Part shown: in pieces, positions 8,801 to 19,200 of the stretch
How positions within the stretch are numbered: position 1 is the stretch's first letter
Layout of the letters: every line of letters starts with the position of its first letter
IMG/VR virus record: IMGVR_UViG_3300031576_000021
Span: 1 to 64,000 of that record
Source: a virus
Length of the DNA stretch: 64,000 nucleotides
Reading direction: 5' to 3' (one strand)
Program-made: the position numbers and the translations under genes
The notes under the pieces: model-generated
What the model saw: the letters and a program-made list of their open reading frames with translations, nothing else
Told to the model about the DNA's origin: nothing
Database searches by the model: none

Positions 8801-11800
8801 GCTGTTCGCCAGCGTGGCGGAAGTGTTCAAGCCGTTGACCGATGGCCTGAAGATGATCGGAACGAGCATCACCAACTCGCTCGGGAGCGGCGTGAAGACG
8901 CTCATTTCGACGGTGCGAGAAGTAGTGGGTGTCCTGGGCGGGCTGGCGAGCGTCGTTGGGGGCATCGTCGCTGCGGTGCAAGGGCAGGGAGCCCTGAACA
9001 AGGGGATCGGCGCGTTGGGCGCGCTGAGTGGCCTTCAGACGGTCGGCAGCTTTTTCTTCGGGGCGACCGACATCGGGATCGCCATCGCGGGCGCGTTGGC
9101 GCAGACGGGCAACCCCTTCCTCATCTCGCTGGCCAATGCGGTCGGGGCGGGGATTCAGGGACCGGGCGTGCTCGACGCGATCCGGGTCGCCGTGCAGACC
9201 GGCGCGGAAGTCGGCACGGCGGCCGGAGCGGAAGCGGGTGCCGAGGCCGCCGCCGCCGCCGCGCCAGCCGGCGCGAGTATTGTGAGCCTCATCGCGAACG
9301 TTGTTGCAGTCGCCGGCTTGGTCTACTCCGTTGCGACGGCCGCGCATCAGCTCGCGAAGAGCCACGCGGCGCTGACAGAACAAACGCGTGGGGATAGCTC
9401 CGCCGATGTGTTGACGGGGATTCAGGCGGCTATTCTCGCCGGCTTCATCGCGGGCGGGGCGCTGATCGGCTCCATCGTCCCCATCGTCGGCACCGTGGTC
9501 GGCGCGGCCATTGGCGCGGCAGTCGCCACGGCGGTGAACGCGGCACTCACGAAGGGGGTGAGTAAAGGCATCAGCGAGGCCACCAAGGGTGGAGTGCGCC
9601 ACGGACTGGTTCAGGCGGAAGTGGAGGATGCCATTATCGAAAACGTGCAAGGGAATCTCCTCCTGAACATTCTCAGTGGCGGCATGAACATCAAGATCGC
9701 GGAGGTGTTGGGGCCGCTGGTGACTCCAGACATCGAGCGTCTGCTCGATAAGTTCTTCGTCGAGTTCGTGCAGAAAACTACCGGGCAGCGGCTGAATCGG
9801 AACCAAAACGATTTCTTTGGGCAGGGCGTTGGCCCCGCGGGGCGCCCGTTCCTGGATCAGTTCCGTCGTCCTCCTAAGAATGTCGCACAGGTCAATGGGA
9901 CGCCGTTTGGCGGTGCCGCCGGGGAATCGTTTCAGGATGCCCGGGACATAGCGGCACTGATCGCGGGCATCGTCGGTGCGGGCTCCCGCAACGAGGAGCG
10001 CGTGCGGCGCTTCTTCCACATCTTCGCGAATGGGATGGCGACGGCGCGGAAGTCGGCCGAAGAGGTACGCAAGATCATCGACAAGATCGTCGTCAAGGGG
10101 GTCGGGAGTTTGGCTGGGGGACTCCGACTCGTCAATGTGCTGTTCGCCGTCACGGCAAAGCAACTCGCATCGGCGCAGGAGCGTGGGGGGGCGCATGCCG
10201 AGCGGGCGGCACGGCATATTGCGCAGGCCAAGAGGATCGGGGCGTTGGTGACGCGCGCCTTCCAGCCGTTCGTCCCCACGGTCGATCTCCAAGAGATTGT
10301 CGATCGCAACACGAAGGCTGGTGGGGGAATAAACGTCGAGGACGTGCGACGCGATCTGCGGATCGAAGTGCTCCAAGACGCCATCGCAGGCGATCTGGAG
10401 ATTACGAAGAAGCTCGGGCGGAAGCTCGGGGACGTCTTCTTGCTGACGATCAAGAAGATCAGCCGGGACCTCCCCGCCGCCATCGATCTCCTCGGGCTCG
10501 CCTTGGCGATTGCCACGCGCGACCTCAAGCACTCGGGCCGGGTACTCCGTGAGTCCCTGCGGGTGCAGCAGGCGTTGTTCCAGCGTGGGTTGCCGCAACT
10601 ATCCACGGAGCAGGCGGCCGACATCGGGGAGGCCGTGAAAGAGGAGCGACCTGGTCGGGCGCGACGGCGGCTGCGGGATGAGCTGACCCTGGCGGCCATC
10701 GCGGATCAGCTAATCGAGGTGTTCATCCAGTCGGTGACCGACGGCACCGTGGCGCATCTGGAGGCAGCGCAACGCGCCATCGAAGTATCGACGCACGGGT
10801 TTGAGGTCATCGCGTCGGATCTGCCCAAGGGCAAGAAGAAGCGCGAGGAGGCGTTGCAGCAGGCTGAAGAGGCGGCGCTGAAATCGATTGATGCGGTCCA
10901 GGCGTGGGGCGATGCGGTCCTCGCACTCATTCAGCAAGTCGCCGATGGCATCGTGGCGATCGAAGATTACGGGATCGCGCTCGATCAGGAGCTAGCGTCG
11001 CTGCGGGACGTCGAGATCGGGCTGGGCGGGTTCGACGCGGCGTTAGCGAGTGCAACGGAGCGGCTGGCGCTGGCCGTCTCTGCCACGGGGAAACTCGCGG
11101 CGACGGAACGGTTGATGACGCTGGAGCGGGAGAAGGCCGCGGCCCAGATCGAGAACCTGCAAGCCGAGTTGTCTGGCGTGAGTGCCCTCGCCGGGCTCCG
11201 CGATACGGTTCGGGCGCAGATTGCCGACCTGGAGGATCTGTCGTCCGCGGGGGGCTCGTCGCTGGATCTGTTGGCGGAACAGATTGCCGACGCGCGGGGG
11301 CGTTTCTTCGGGGCCGGCACGGACGAGGAGCGGGCCACCGCCGCGCAAGACCTGCAAGGGCTGCTCGCAGAGCAGGTGACGCTTGCGGGCGACACCTTCG
11401 GGCTCGCCTCGTCGGAGTTCGCGGCGATCCGCCAGGCGGCCCTCGATGATCTGCACTCGATCGAGCTGGCGGCCATCGATGCAGAGACGCGCGAGGAAGA
11501 GATTGCCGCCGACATCAAGGCGATTCGGGTAGCACTCGCCGACCGCCTGGAGGCGCTCGGCACGGCTGCGTTGGCGCTTCTCGGAACACAGCTCCAGGAG
11601 CAACGCGACATCCTCTCGACGATCTTTCCCGACCCGGAGGAATTGGACCGGATCTTGTCCGACCCGGCCATTGCCACGCTCGCTGTGCTCGGGAAGCAGA
11701 CGGAGTATCTCGAAGTCATCGCGACGTGGGCGCAGGAGGCCCTCGATGCGCTCGGCAAGAAGGAGCCCAATGGCGACGATGGCAGCGTGGATGTCGGCGG

Positions 11801-12089
11801 GCCGGATGTTGGGGTCTCCGCGGCGACCGGCGGGTACGTCATTCGTGCAGGAAACATCCGCGTGCATCCGCACGAAGTCATCGTGCCGCTCTCGGACAGT
11901 CGGGCGCAGCAAGCGTTGGCGCCGCGCGGGCCAGCGACGGTCATCCACATCAACGTGAATCCGCCGCCCCCGCCCGCTGGCATGACGCAAGCGGAGATGC
12001 TGCTCTACGGCCGCTTGCAAGGGCGGGGCATCGCCGCCGAGCTGGAGGCGTACGAGCAGAGCAAGTCCCGGCGGCGGCGGGCGGTCTAG
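5892..12089 (+). CDS. Tape measure protein (TP901-family core)
   Basis: 2065 aa, Ala/Gly-rich and helical; FNQSLADLSAITGATG...SATDVA core; C-terminal ATGGYV...VHPHEVIVP motif. Confidence 0.93.
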   Translation: MDETIQVILELKARGLDEIRRVRATIGEVFRSLPATADAAVRRAAQAIRQFGAVGVASMAALATQARATGTHLATLLGGTGALGVGLGALAGHARNATTVVTSFAGRMVAAGGSMLAFVAKSTIFSVIFARIVGVLGGARAAVAGWGTAVGATAAPTAAAAASVGTFARGLSVVSPLLGVFAARAGVAFGLLKPLALGLGIMVGAVGLLIPAYIGAVRASIAFNQSLADLSAITGATGDDLEVLRHEAIRLSETTTQSATDVARAFTLIASKKPELLESSAALADVTAKAITLAEAAGLDVPAAATALTSALNQFQAPASEAGRFINVMAAGAKFAAAEIPELTQALVKSGTEASGAGLSFEELNATIQALAGFGTPISKIGTSLRNLFLIVAKEGHGATLSSQGLAAALEEMGIGVNSGALAAKRFGTENATVAVQVVRAKGAIKTLLTQLTGTNVAYEQAAIRTDTLAGDITRLGNAWDALKLKIGSTNEGLVRTAIQGFEKLVKLAGDLGIALGLIGEAPIEAAKTTLLRLGDELRQLRREAADVASGAAAGAFTDFAREIEAKEQVLREASERLRQLIRPGPPGITPPQPPVVEELAGEGEESKIKALAEAVEDLTRRQEAAQAVIAGYGQGLSEAAINALKLDAEVVKLTADLTAKAQAAGASTVGLEAMARATLVAEDAEKRLADARKFQRDTIGETTREIALLNSGLDENALAIIRAGDAAAKGAPTPELATQARAYAEELERLRQQQQATAESSLDLGETLRESVGQVFDSLVSGTRKIGDTLQGLGLALGKRVFDTFIKSKLKDFDAKINVNITRDVPKMFERGGTAIVAANAKTMGTVAQDATTAFDTVGTASTDATQVIADSATQVQGSWGGFFGFLLQLAQSVIGQVVGLFQGLASVIGQLLGSFSGGGILGAVGSVFGAIGSLFGGSSAAGLSSSSSTGVGSIIGGFVSAAKVFGGELFASVAEVFKPLTDGLKMIGTSITNSLGSGVKTLISTVREVVGVLGGLASVVGGIVAAVQGQGALNKGIGALGALSGLQTVGSFFFGATDIGIAIAGALAQTGNPFLISLANAVGAGIQGPGVLDAIRVAVQTGAEVGTAAGAEAGAEAAAAAAPAGASIVSLIANVVAVAGLVYSVATAAHQLAKSHAALTEQTRGDSSADVLTGIQAAILAGFIAGGALIGSIVPIVGTVVGAAIGAAVATAVNAALTKGVSKGISEATKGGVRHGLVQAEVEDAIIENVQGNLLLNILSGGMNIKIAEVLGPLVTPDIERLLDKFFVEFVQKTTGQRLNRNQNDFFGQGVGPAGRPFLDQFRRPPKNVAQVNGTPFGGAAGESFQDARDIAALIAGIVGAGSRNEERVRRFFHIFANGMATARKSAEEVRKIIDKIVVKGVGSLAGGLRLVNVLFAVTAKQLASAQERGGAHAERAARHIAQAKRIGALVTRAFQPFVPTVDLQEIVDRNTKAGGGINVEDVRRDLRIEVLQDAIAGDLEITKKLGRKLGDVFLLTIKKISRDLPAAIDLLGLALAIATRDLKHSGRVLRESLRVQQALFQRGLPQLSTEQAADIGEAVKEERPGRARRRLRDELTLAAIADQLIEVFIQSVTDGTVAHLEAAQRAIEVSTHGFEVIASDLPKGKKKREEALQQAEEAALKSIDAVQAWGDAVLALIQQVADGIVAIEDYGIALDQELASLRDVEIGLGGFDAALASATERLALAVSATGKLAATERLMTLEREKAAAQIENLQAELSGVSALAGLRDTVRAQIADLEDLSSAGGSSLDLLAEQIADARGRFFGAGTDEERATAAQDLQGLLAEQVTLAGDTFGLASSEFAAIRQAALDDLHSIELAAIDAETREEEIAADIKAIRVALADRLEALGTAALALLGTQLQEQRDILSTIFPDPEELDRILSDPAIATLAVLGKQTEYLEVIATWAQEALDALGKKEPNGDDGSVDVGGPDVGVSAATGGYVIRAGNIRVHPHEVIVPLSDSRAQQALAPRGPATVIHINVNPPPPPAGMTQAEMLLYGRLQGRGIAAELEAYEQSKSRRRRAV

Positions 12090-15000
12090 ATGGCGCTTCC
12101 CGTGACACCGAATCTTGTCGTGCCGAACCCCTGGGTGGTCTGCTTTTTCGATCTCTACTTGCCCGGTGGCGTTCTTCGCGTCTCGTCAGGAGACGAGTAC
12201 GCCCCGGCGGCACTCGGCGGCTATCTCTACCACGCGCGGTTGCTGGAGGTGCCTGCACTCCCCACGCGACTCCCGCGGGATCTCGAAGCCCTCGATGAGC
12301 CGGTCACGATCAGTTTGCAGCTCGGCAACATCGATGGGGTGCTGGACCCGTTTTTCAGCAGCGACATTCGCGGGGCGCTTGCCGTGGGCCACTTGTGGGA
12401 AAAGACGACGGGCCTCGTGAAGCAGAATTACGTGACGGGGGCGATCGTCGGCGGCGCGCAGTCAGACGATTACTCCGCCATCACGCTCGCCGTGACGACG
12501 GACCCCATCGAAGTCGATACGATGACCTTTCCGCGGTGGATCGTCACCACGCCAAACTTCCCCCAGGCTCCGGCGGCTCCGCCGCCTTCCGGCGGGCTCG
12601 GGTCGGTGATCCCCTATCCCCTGGGCCTCGCGCTCCGCGTGCCATGCGTGTATGTGCGCGCGCCGCAGGAAGGCGATCCCGAGGGTGGCTGGGACTATCT
12701 CGTCGGCATCGACAACGTCGGTGTATCACGCCTCTATTCTGGCACCGCGACCATGCCGTTGCTGCGAGGCCGCGACTTCCGGCTCCTGACAACGCGCTAT
12801 CCCATCGCGGGGCTAGCCGGCCGCTACTATACGGCCATCCGGCTCCTCAACGGGCCGGCGCGGGATGGCGCGCGGCTCCTGCCGCTCACGGCCGACGTCG
12901 AAGCCTGTTACCCGCCGGTCAGTCTCACGGCCGATCTCGCGCAGTGGAAATTTCACGGGAGCTTCGCCGATGACATCGGCACGTACGATTTCGCGGTCGG
13001 GCGCACCGCGTTCGGCCCGTCCGATCTCACGACGGGCGATTTCGTCGCCGGGGTCACCGGGTTGCATGTCGGTGCCGTGCGGTTCTCCGGGCAGGCGACT
13101 CCGTATCTGGAGTCGCCGCCGATGGCGATCACGCAGAATTTCTCGCTCTCGTTCTGGATCATGCCGCCCGCATCGGGACAGGCAACGACAGAGTGGGGGA
13201 TCGTGCATGGCCCTGGCGCGGCGCACGGTACCGGGCTCGACGCGGGGGGCTGGGCGATCTCGGTCGATGGGGCAGTCGACCAGCTCATCGTCTGGGCGCG
13301 GCATGTCGGCGACGTCACCTTGATGCCCAAGCTGCTGGTCAACGCGATTTGGGTGCAGGGGTCTGGCGCGTGGTCGTTCTGGCATCTCGAACGCTCGGGG
13401 TCGACGTGGACACTGTATCGGGACGGTAGCAGTACGCCGATCGCCACCGCGACGGACGCGCGCCAGATTCACTATCCCAGTGGAACAAATCCGATGATCG
13501 CCGGGGCCTTCACCCGGACCACCGGCGCTGTCGGCTACTTCCGGGGCACCCTCGGGCCGATCCATTACGCCACGACCCCCAGAACACAGGACTGGGCGCT
13601 GGACTGGTACTGGCGCATGCGTCGGAACCCCGCGCGCTTCGCCCGGGTGGTGCTGACCGATATGGGCCGCGTAATCGACAACACGTCCTTCGCGGCTCTG
13701 GAGACTGCCTTCAATGCCTTGGGGCTGAAAGCCGATCTCTGCCTGACGACCTTGGTTCCTGCCCGGGCCGTCCTCGGCCACTTCGGGGTCTTTCGACGGA
13801 TGCGCTTTTGGCGCGGAGTGACTCTTGCCACGCATGTTGCCGCGATGACGACGGCCCCGACGGCGGCCATCGCGACCTTCGGCGTCGGAGACGCCATCTA
13901 CGCTAATGCGGCCTTACTGGAACGCTCCCGGCGGTCGCTGGCGGAAGCGATCTTGACGTTGACCGTCCAGTATCGACCACAACGGAACGAAGCGGGGGCG
14001 TTCCAGGCATTTATCGGCGGCCCGCTCCCGCCACGGGCGGTGCTCGATCGCGGCCGCCAGCTCGTCACGCGCGAGCTGTCGTTTGTGTACGATGCGTACA
14101 CGGCGGATGACGTGGCGGACTTCGAGGCCAAGATGGCACGGTTGGATGACGAGATCGTGCGCCTCCGGACGGACTTCGCCGGCTGGCCTGTCGAGCCTGG
14201 TGCCGTCGTGCGGGCGATACTCCCGGCGCTGTCGCAGACGGGGGTACAGTTGTCGGCGGCGATCGGGTTTAAGCCATCGGCCCCGGGAATGATCGGGTTC
14301 AAGCCCTCGGCGCCTGGACAAGTCGGCTTCGGCCCGCCGAGTAGCGTGCAGACGCTCGGGACAGCCGGGAGCGAGTACCTCGCGGTCGGACGGGAGCAGC
14401 GTGGGGTGGAGTCCGTACTCGATCTGATCCCCTATGGGCCGGCGCTCTTCATTCGCCAGCCGGGGGTGCTCCCCGTAGAGCCATTGCAGGACACGAGCGC
14501 GGCGCTCGATCTCGGCACTACGCAAACGCTCGCGACTGTCGACGTCGATCCGACGCTGCGGCGGCTGGTCTTTGAATTCCAGCTGCAAGTGTTGACCACG
14601 CTGACGCTCGGGACGCAGTTGTCGGCGATCGGGAGTTTCACCGTGGTTGGCGCGGCCACGGCACTGGACGCGCTCAACCCGACACTGCCCGATCAGCTGA
14701 CGTCGTATCTCGAAACGGCGCAACCCATCGCGACGAGCCCGTTGTTCGCCGGACGCTTCGCCGTCCCGTGGATGCCCGTTGGTATCATCCGCACCGTGAC
14801 TCTCGTTGCGCAGGCGACGCAGACCGGCAGCGGGGGCGACGTCGTGTTGTCCATTGGCCTGCCCGGGATCGTCTCCGGCCAGCAGACCTTCGTCCTGTCC
14901 GCGACGGCGGGCCAGATCAATACGCTGTTGATCGGGCCGCTCATGCGCCCTGATCCGAATAATACTTCCCGCGGCTGGGCGGCGGTGGACCTGGCACAGC

Positions 15001-15362
15001 TGACCGGCACGGTGCTCTGGTACTCGACCGGGGCACCGGCGGTCCGCGTCATGGCGCTCTATGCCACCGTGGTCCAAGATGTGACAGACCCCGGAGATTT
15101 TCGCTTTCTCCGCATCTGGCGTCTTGGCCCGAGTGATACGGCACCTGCCGCGCCGATCGAGACGCAGGAGGCCCTCATCGAAACGATCTCGTTGACGGGT
15201 ATCGAGGACATCGCGCCTGGGCCGGGCCGGTATTGGTATTGGGTCGGCGTCTACGACAGCCTCGGGCGGCTCGTGACGCCCACCCGTGGGATCTACGCTT
15301 CGGGCGGGGCGGCGTTCGCCAACGGGCTGATCGGTCCCGTATCATCGCCGACGTGGACGTGA
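12090..15362 (+). CDS. Tail tip/hub protein with LamG-like domain
   Basis: Immediately follows the tape measure; GSVIPYPLG hub motif; FSLSFWI...WSFWHLERSGSTWTLYRDG LamG-like segment. Confidence 0.7.
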   Translation: MALPVTPNLVVPNPWVVCFFDLYLPGGVLRVSSGDEYAPAALGGYLYHARLLEVPALPTRLPRDLEALDEPVTISLQLGNIDGVLDPFFSSDIRGALAVGHLWEKTTGLVKQNYVTGAIVGGAQSDDYSAITLAVTTDPIEVDTMTFPRWIVTTPNFPQAPAAPPPSGGLGSVIPYPLGLALRVPCVYVRAPQEGDPEGGWDYLVGIDNVGVSRLYSGTATMPLLRGRDFRLLTTRYPIAGLAGRYYTAIRLLNGPARDGARLLPLTADVEACYPPVSLTADLAQWKFHGSFADDIGTYDFAVGRTAFGPSDLTTGDFVAGVTGLHVGAVRFSGQATPYLESPPMAITQNFSLSFWIMPPASGQATTEWGIVHGPGAAHGTGLDAGGWAISVDGAVDQLIVWARHVGDVTLMPKLLVNAIWVQGSGAWSFWHLERSGSTWTLYRDGSSTPIATATDARQIHYPSGTNPMIAGAFTRTTGAVGYFRGTLGPIHYATTPRTQDWALDWYWRMRRNPARFARVVLTDMGRVIDNTSFAALETAFNALGLKADLCLTTLVPARAVLGHFGVFRRMRFWRGVTLATHVAAMTTAPTAAIATFGVGDAIYANAALLERSRRSLAEAILTLTVQYRPQRNEAGAFQAFIGGPLPPRAVLDRGRQLVTRELSFVYDAYTADDVADFEAKMARLDDEIVRLRTDFAGWPVEPGAVVRAILPALSQTGVQLSAAIGFKPSAPGMIGFKPSAPGQVGFGPPSSVQTLGTAGSEYLAVGREQRGVESVLDLIPYGPALFIRQPGVLPVEPLQDTSAALDLGTTQTLATVDVDPTLRRLVFEFQLQVLTTLTLGTQLSAIGSFTVVGAATALDALNPTLPDQLTSYLETAQPIATSPLFAGRFAVPWMPVGIIRTVTLVAQATQTGSGGDVVLSIGLPGIVSGQQTFVLSATAGQINTLLIGPLMRPDPNNTSRGWAAVDLAQLTGTVLWYSTGAPAVRVMALYATVVQDVTDPGDFRFLRIWRLGPSDTAPAAPIETQEALIETISLTGIEDIAPGPGRYWYWVGVYDSLGRLVTPTRGIYASGGAAFANGLIGPVSSPTWT
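14261..14336 (+). repeat. In-frame 30-bp tandem repeat (IGFKPSAPG, about 2.5 copies)
   Basis: gatcgggtttaagccatcggccccgggaat / gatcgggttcaagccctcggcgcctggaca / agtcggcttcggcccg. Confidence 0.8.
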
Positions 15363-15376
15363 GGAGGGGTAGGGGA

Positions 15377-16261
15377 ATGACACACCGATGGCTAGGCGCG
15401 CTGGCACTGCTCGTCGCAACGGCCGCGCAGGCGCAGTTTCCCGGCGGCATCTACGATTTCGTGCTGCAACGGCGCTGCATTACAGGCACGCTGAATCCCT
15501 GGGGCACGTGCACAATCGACGCGAACTGCGGGACCGGCGGGGTGTGTCTCGAAGCCTATGTCCCGTCCGACTTCGACTCGCTCGCGATCGAGGTGGAACA
15601 GGTAGAGATTTTCCTCGGCGTCAACGGCGGCAACATCATCCTCCGCTCGGCGCACAATACGGCCGCGGAAGTCCGGGCGCTCATGGACGCGGGGCAGTTC
15701 TCCGGCACGGGGCCGCTGCTCTTCGGGACGGGCCCGACCATCGATCGCCTGATTCCCGTTGCGTATACCATGGCGCAGCTCCCGGCGGCGGGGACGTCGA
15801 CCGGGTCCGTCTACTACGTGACCAATTCCGGCGGGGCGTGTACGGGGGCGACGGGGACCATGCGCGTCATCTGTGTCGACATCGGGACGGGCTACGCGAT
15901 CGTGGGTGGCACCGCGGGCGCGGCGTCCGACGAGCCGTATTGCCAGTCGATTGACCCGCTGCGCGCCACGACCGATCACAAAATGCTCGCGGCGTGGCCG
16001 ATCCTGCGCTCCGTCCGCAACTTCGGCTGCCGCTGTCGGGGGGTCTGCACGACCCCGGCGCAGATCGCACTGGAGGACTCCGCCCTGGCGCCGATCGGGG
16101 CGGCGTCGACCTGCGCGGCGAATGCCAACATGGTTTTTCTTGACGTGTCCACCGATGTCGATGGCGACCTCTCGATTGGCGAGCCCGTCATGTTCTTCGT
16201 CAATAACAATCCCGTGCCAGACGGAGCCGACGAGTACCTGATATGCGTCACCTTCGAGTAG
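15377..16261 (+). CDS. Cys-rich protein with Sec signal peptide, tail module
   Basis: MTHRWLGALALLVATAAQA-Q (AxA cleavage site); CTIDANCGTGGVC motif; purine-rich RBS upstream. Confidence 0.7.
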   Translation: MTHRWLGALALLVATAAQAQFPGGIYDFVLQRRCITGTLNPWGTCTIDANCGTGGVCLEAYVPSDFDSLAIEVEQVEIFLGVNGGNIILRSAHNTAAEVRALMDAGQFSGTGPLLFGTGPTIDRLIPVAYTMAQLPAAGTSTGSVYYVTNSGGACTGATGTMRVICVDIGTGYAIVGGTAGAASDEPYCQSIDPLRATTDHKMLAAWPILRSVRNFGCRCRGVCTTPAQIALEDSALAPIGAASTCAANANMVFLDVSTDVDGDLSIGEPVMFFVNNNPVPDGADEYLICVTFE

Positions 16262-19200
16262 TCGCATTCGTCCTGCTGCTCTGTGTCGAAGCGCTCGCGC
16301 ACATCAGCGCGCGTCGGGGGACGGGTCAGCTCTGCGCGGACTGCGCGCCGAATTGGTCGGGCTACTGCGAAAGTATCCACCCGTTCGAGCCACCGGATGC
16401 GATCGACACAAGCGGCTTCCGGGATCGGTCGGGCAACAGCCGGACGTTCTCCGCCTCGACCACGTGCGTGAACTGCCTCATGGATACGACGCTATTCCCG
16501 CACGGGCTGGTGAGCCTGTCGGTGCCAGCGACTGGCTCGCGGCAGGCGACCTGTGCGCATCCGAGCTGCCTGCCGCTGCGCTTTGGGGATGCGCTCGGCG
16601 ATTTCACGATGTTCATGTGGCTGCGCGTGCCGACGCTGCCGTCCCTGGCGCAGACGCTCTGGTCGAATAATCCAAGCGCCACGACGACGGATGGCTACGA
16701 GTTGTTGCTGAATCCTGTTGCCACGTTCACCTGGCGGCAGAACGTCGGCTCCAACCCATCGCCGCAAGACCTGACGTTGACGACGACCCAGACGTTCGCG
16801 ACGGGCCTGTGGCACGGGATCGCTCTGCGCGCCAATGCTGAGACGAACCTCGTGAACTTTTGGTACGACGGCGTGCTCGATGCCGGCTCAGTCCTTGCCT
16901 CGCCGCCGGGATGGGACGGGCTCACGGGGACCACGGGGCCGATCCTCGGCGACAATACCGGCACAACCGTCGCCTACAACGTCGACGAGATGGCCTGGTG
17001 CCTCGACGACTGGAGCGACGATTCGATCCGGCGTGCGTTGGCGTGCGGGCTCGATGGTGGCAGTTGCCGTTGTAGCGGGGCCGCCTATCTCGTCGCGGGG
17101 CAGCATGCGAACAACGGCGGGCCGATCGTTGGGACGCTCCCGCCGTGTAATCAGGAAGCGCCGCTCACGCTCGACGGCCCGCCACGCTACGCGACCGACT
17201 ACACGCCCCACGTCACGACGGCGGGGGGTGGCGGGGCGTGGCGGTTCGAGCACACCGTCGACACGCCGACGGGGATTGGGATCGACGGGATCGTGCGTGA
17301 CCAGACCGGGCGCGGGAACAATCTCGATTGCCAGGAGTGCACGCTCGATCGGGCCGCGCCGCGTACCCAGGGCGTCTCGTTCTATCGCGGCAACACGCTG
17401 GGCTCGGCCGCCTACTGCCGCAACCTGAGCGGGAATATCTGCACGTTCCAGACGGATTTTCGGACGGCGGTGCAGCAGTACACGGCGGCGTGCCGGCTGC
17501 GCTGGGGCGTCGACGAGGCGAATGCCCACCCGCTGATCTGGACGAATGCGGATGTCGCGACGACCGGTGGCCTGCGCTTGCTGTTGCAGAGTACGGCGGG
17601 GGGCGGGGTGTATCGCGTGGAGCATCGGACGGCCGCGGGCGTCGTCGGCTGTAACGGGACGACGAATCCTGGCGGGACGACGGAGCATCACGTCGCCATC
17701 CGGTACGACGGGATCAATCTCGGGCTCGTCGTCGATGGGGTCACGGAATGCTCGGTCGCCTCGGGACCCATGAACGACTACACGACGGGCGTCCTCACGT
17801 TCGATGACGGGAGCGGTGCGGCGCTCAGTCTCGATGACTGCTTTTTCACGCGCAATCAGGCGTGGGACAATGACACGCTGCGCCAGGTCGCCATCTGCAA
17901 TTCGGACGGGCGGTGGTGTGCGTGCTCCGCGTCGCTCCCCAGCTCCTATCTCGCAGCCTTCCGCCACTCGTCCCAGAATGGGCCGATCACGGGGACGCTG
18001 CGTGCGTGCAATGCCGCCGGGCCGGTCCTGCTGACGACGACCTCGACCACGTCGCCCACGACCTCGACGACTTCGACTAGCTCGACGACGAGCACCAGCA
18101 CCTCGACGAGTTCCACGACCACGACGACGCTGGTCACGGGGCTGCTCTGGATCGACGGCGGCTGCCCGACGAGTGGGACGGGCGCGTCGCAGAGTTGCGG
18201 GGCGACGGGGCCGTTCCTGACGCCCGGCGAGGCCGCGGCCGCGGGCGTCGCGGGCAACCGGGCGATTCAGCGCGGCGCACATGCGGCGCATGGGACGTGT
18301 CCCGGCCACAACGGGATCTACGAGGGCGAGATTTACATTGCCCCCGCGCGGCCGGCGGGGATCGCCACCGGCGACGTCTGGGCCTGTACACTCGGCGCTC
18401 CCTGCATCCTCGAAGGCTGCCGGGCGGCAGACTGTGGTGCGAATGAAGTGCCGGTCAATCGTGGCATGTGGCGGTTGACTGGCTGGACCGATCGGACGGG
18501 GGGCGTCTGGTCGCGCACCGACGTCGGGGCGGTTCCCCACGCCGTGAGCGACGGGAATGGGCGCGCGAACGATCCGGGGATTCTCGTGCAGAATGGGCTC
18601 CCGTTGCACTACTCGGGCGACAACATCACGACGCCGATGGATGGCTACTGGTCCTTCCAGAGCCAAACGCTTGAGGTCTACGTCAACCCGGTTGGCACGG
18701 CCGATCCTGCGAGCGCGGTGTATGTTCCCTTCGTCGATTTCGCCCTGTACGTGCGCGCCCCGTCGGCCTATCTGACGGTGCGGCACATGCTCTTCGAGGG
18801 CGCTCGGGGGAATACGGTCGACGTCGGCGCGGCAGGGGCTTCGGTGCTCGGCTATCAGCAGACGAACACCGAAATTCGCTTGAGCCGCCGTAACTGCTTC
18901 CACGCACACTCAGCGACGGCGCTTCGATTCAACGACAACGTGTGCGAGTGGATTGCCCGGGGCGGGAGCTGGTATCTCAACAGCGGGGATGGCGGCTTCG
19001 GCTTCCGCGCGTTTATCCTGAATGGCGGCGAGGCCCGCCGCAATACGGTGCGGCACATCGGGACGGAGGGGACTGTCCGGCTCTCCTCTGGGAATCGGTG
19101 CATCTGCCGGACGGCGGCCGACTGCGGCCTCGGGGACGTCTGCACGAGTGGTTCCTGCGTCGATCAATCGACCCCTGACAGTGTCTGCCCGGCCGGGGGC

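Noticed and set aside
5648-12020. Long minus-strand ORFs opposite the tape measure (and similar ones elsewhere)
   Set aside because: Shadow ORFs expected from high-GC codon bias; no recognisable motifs
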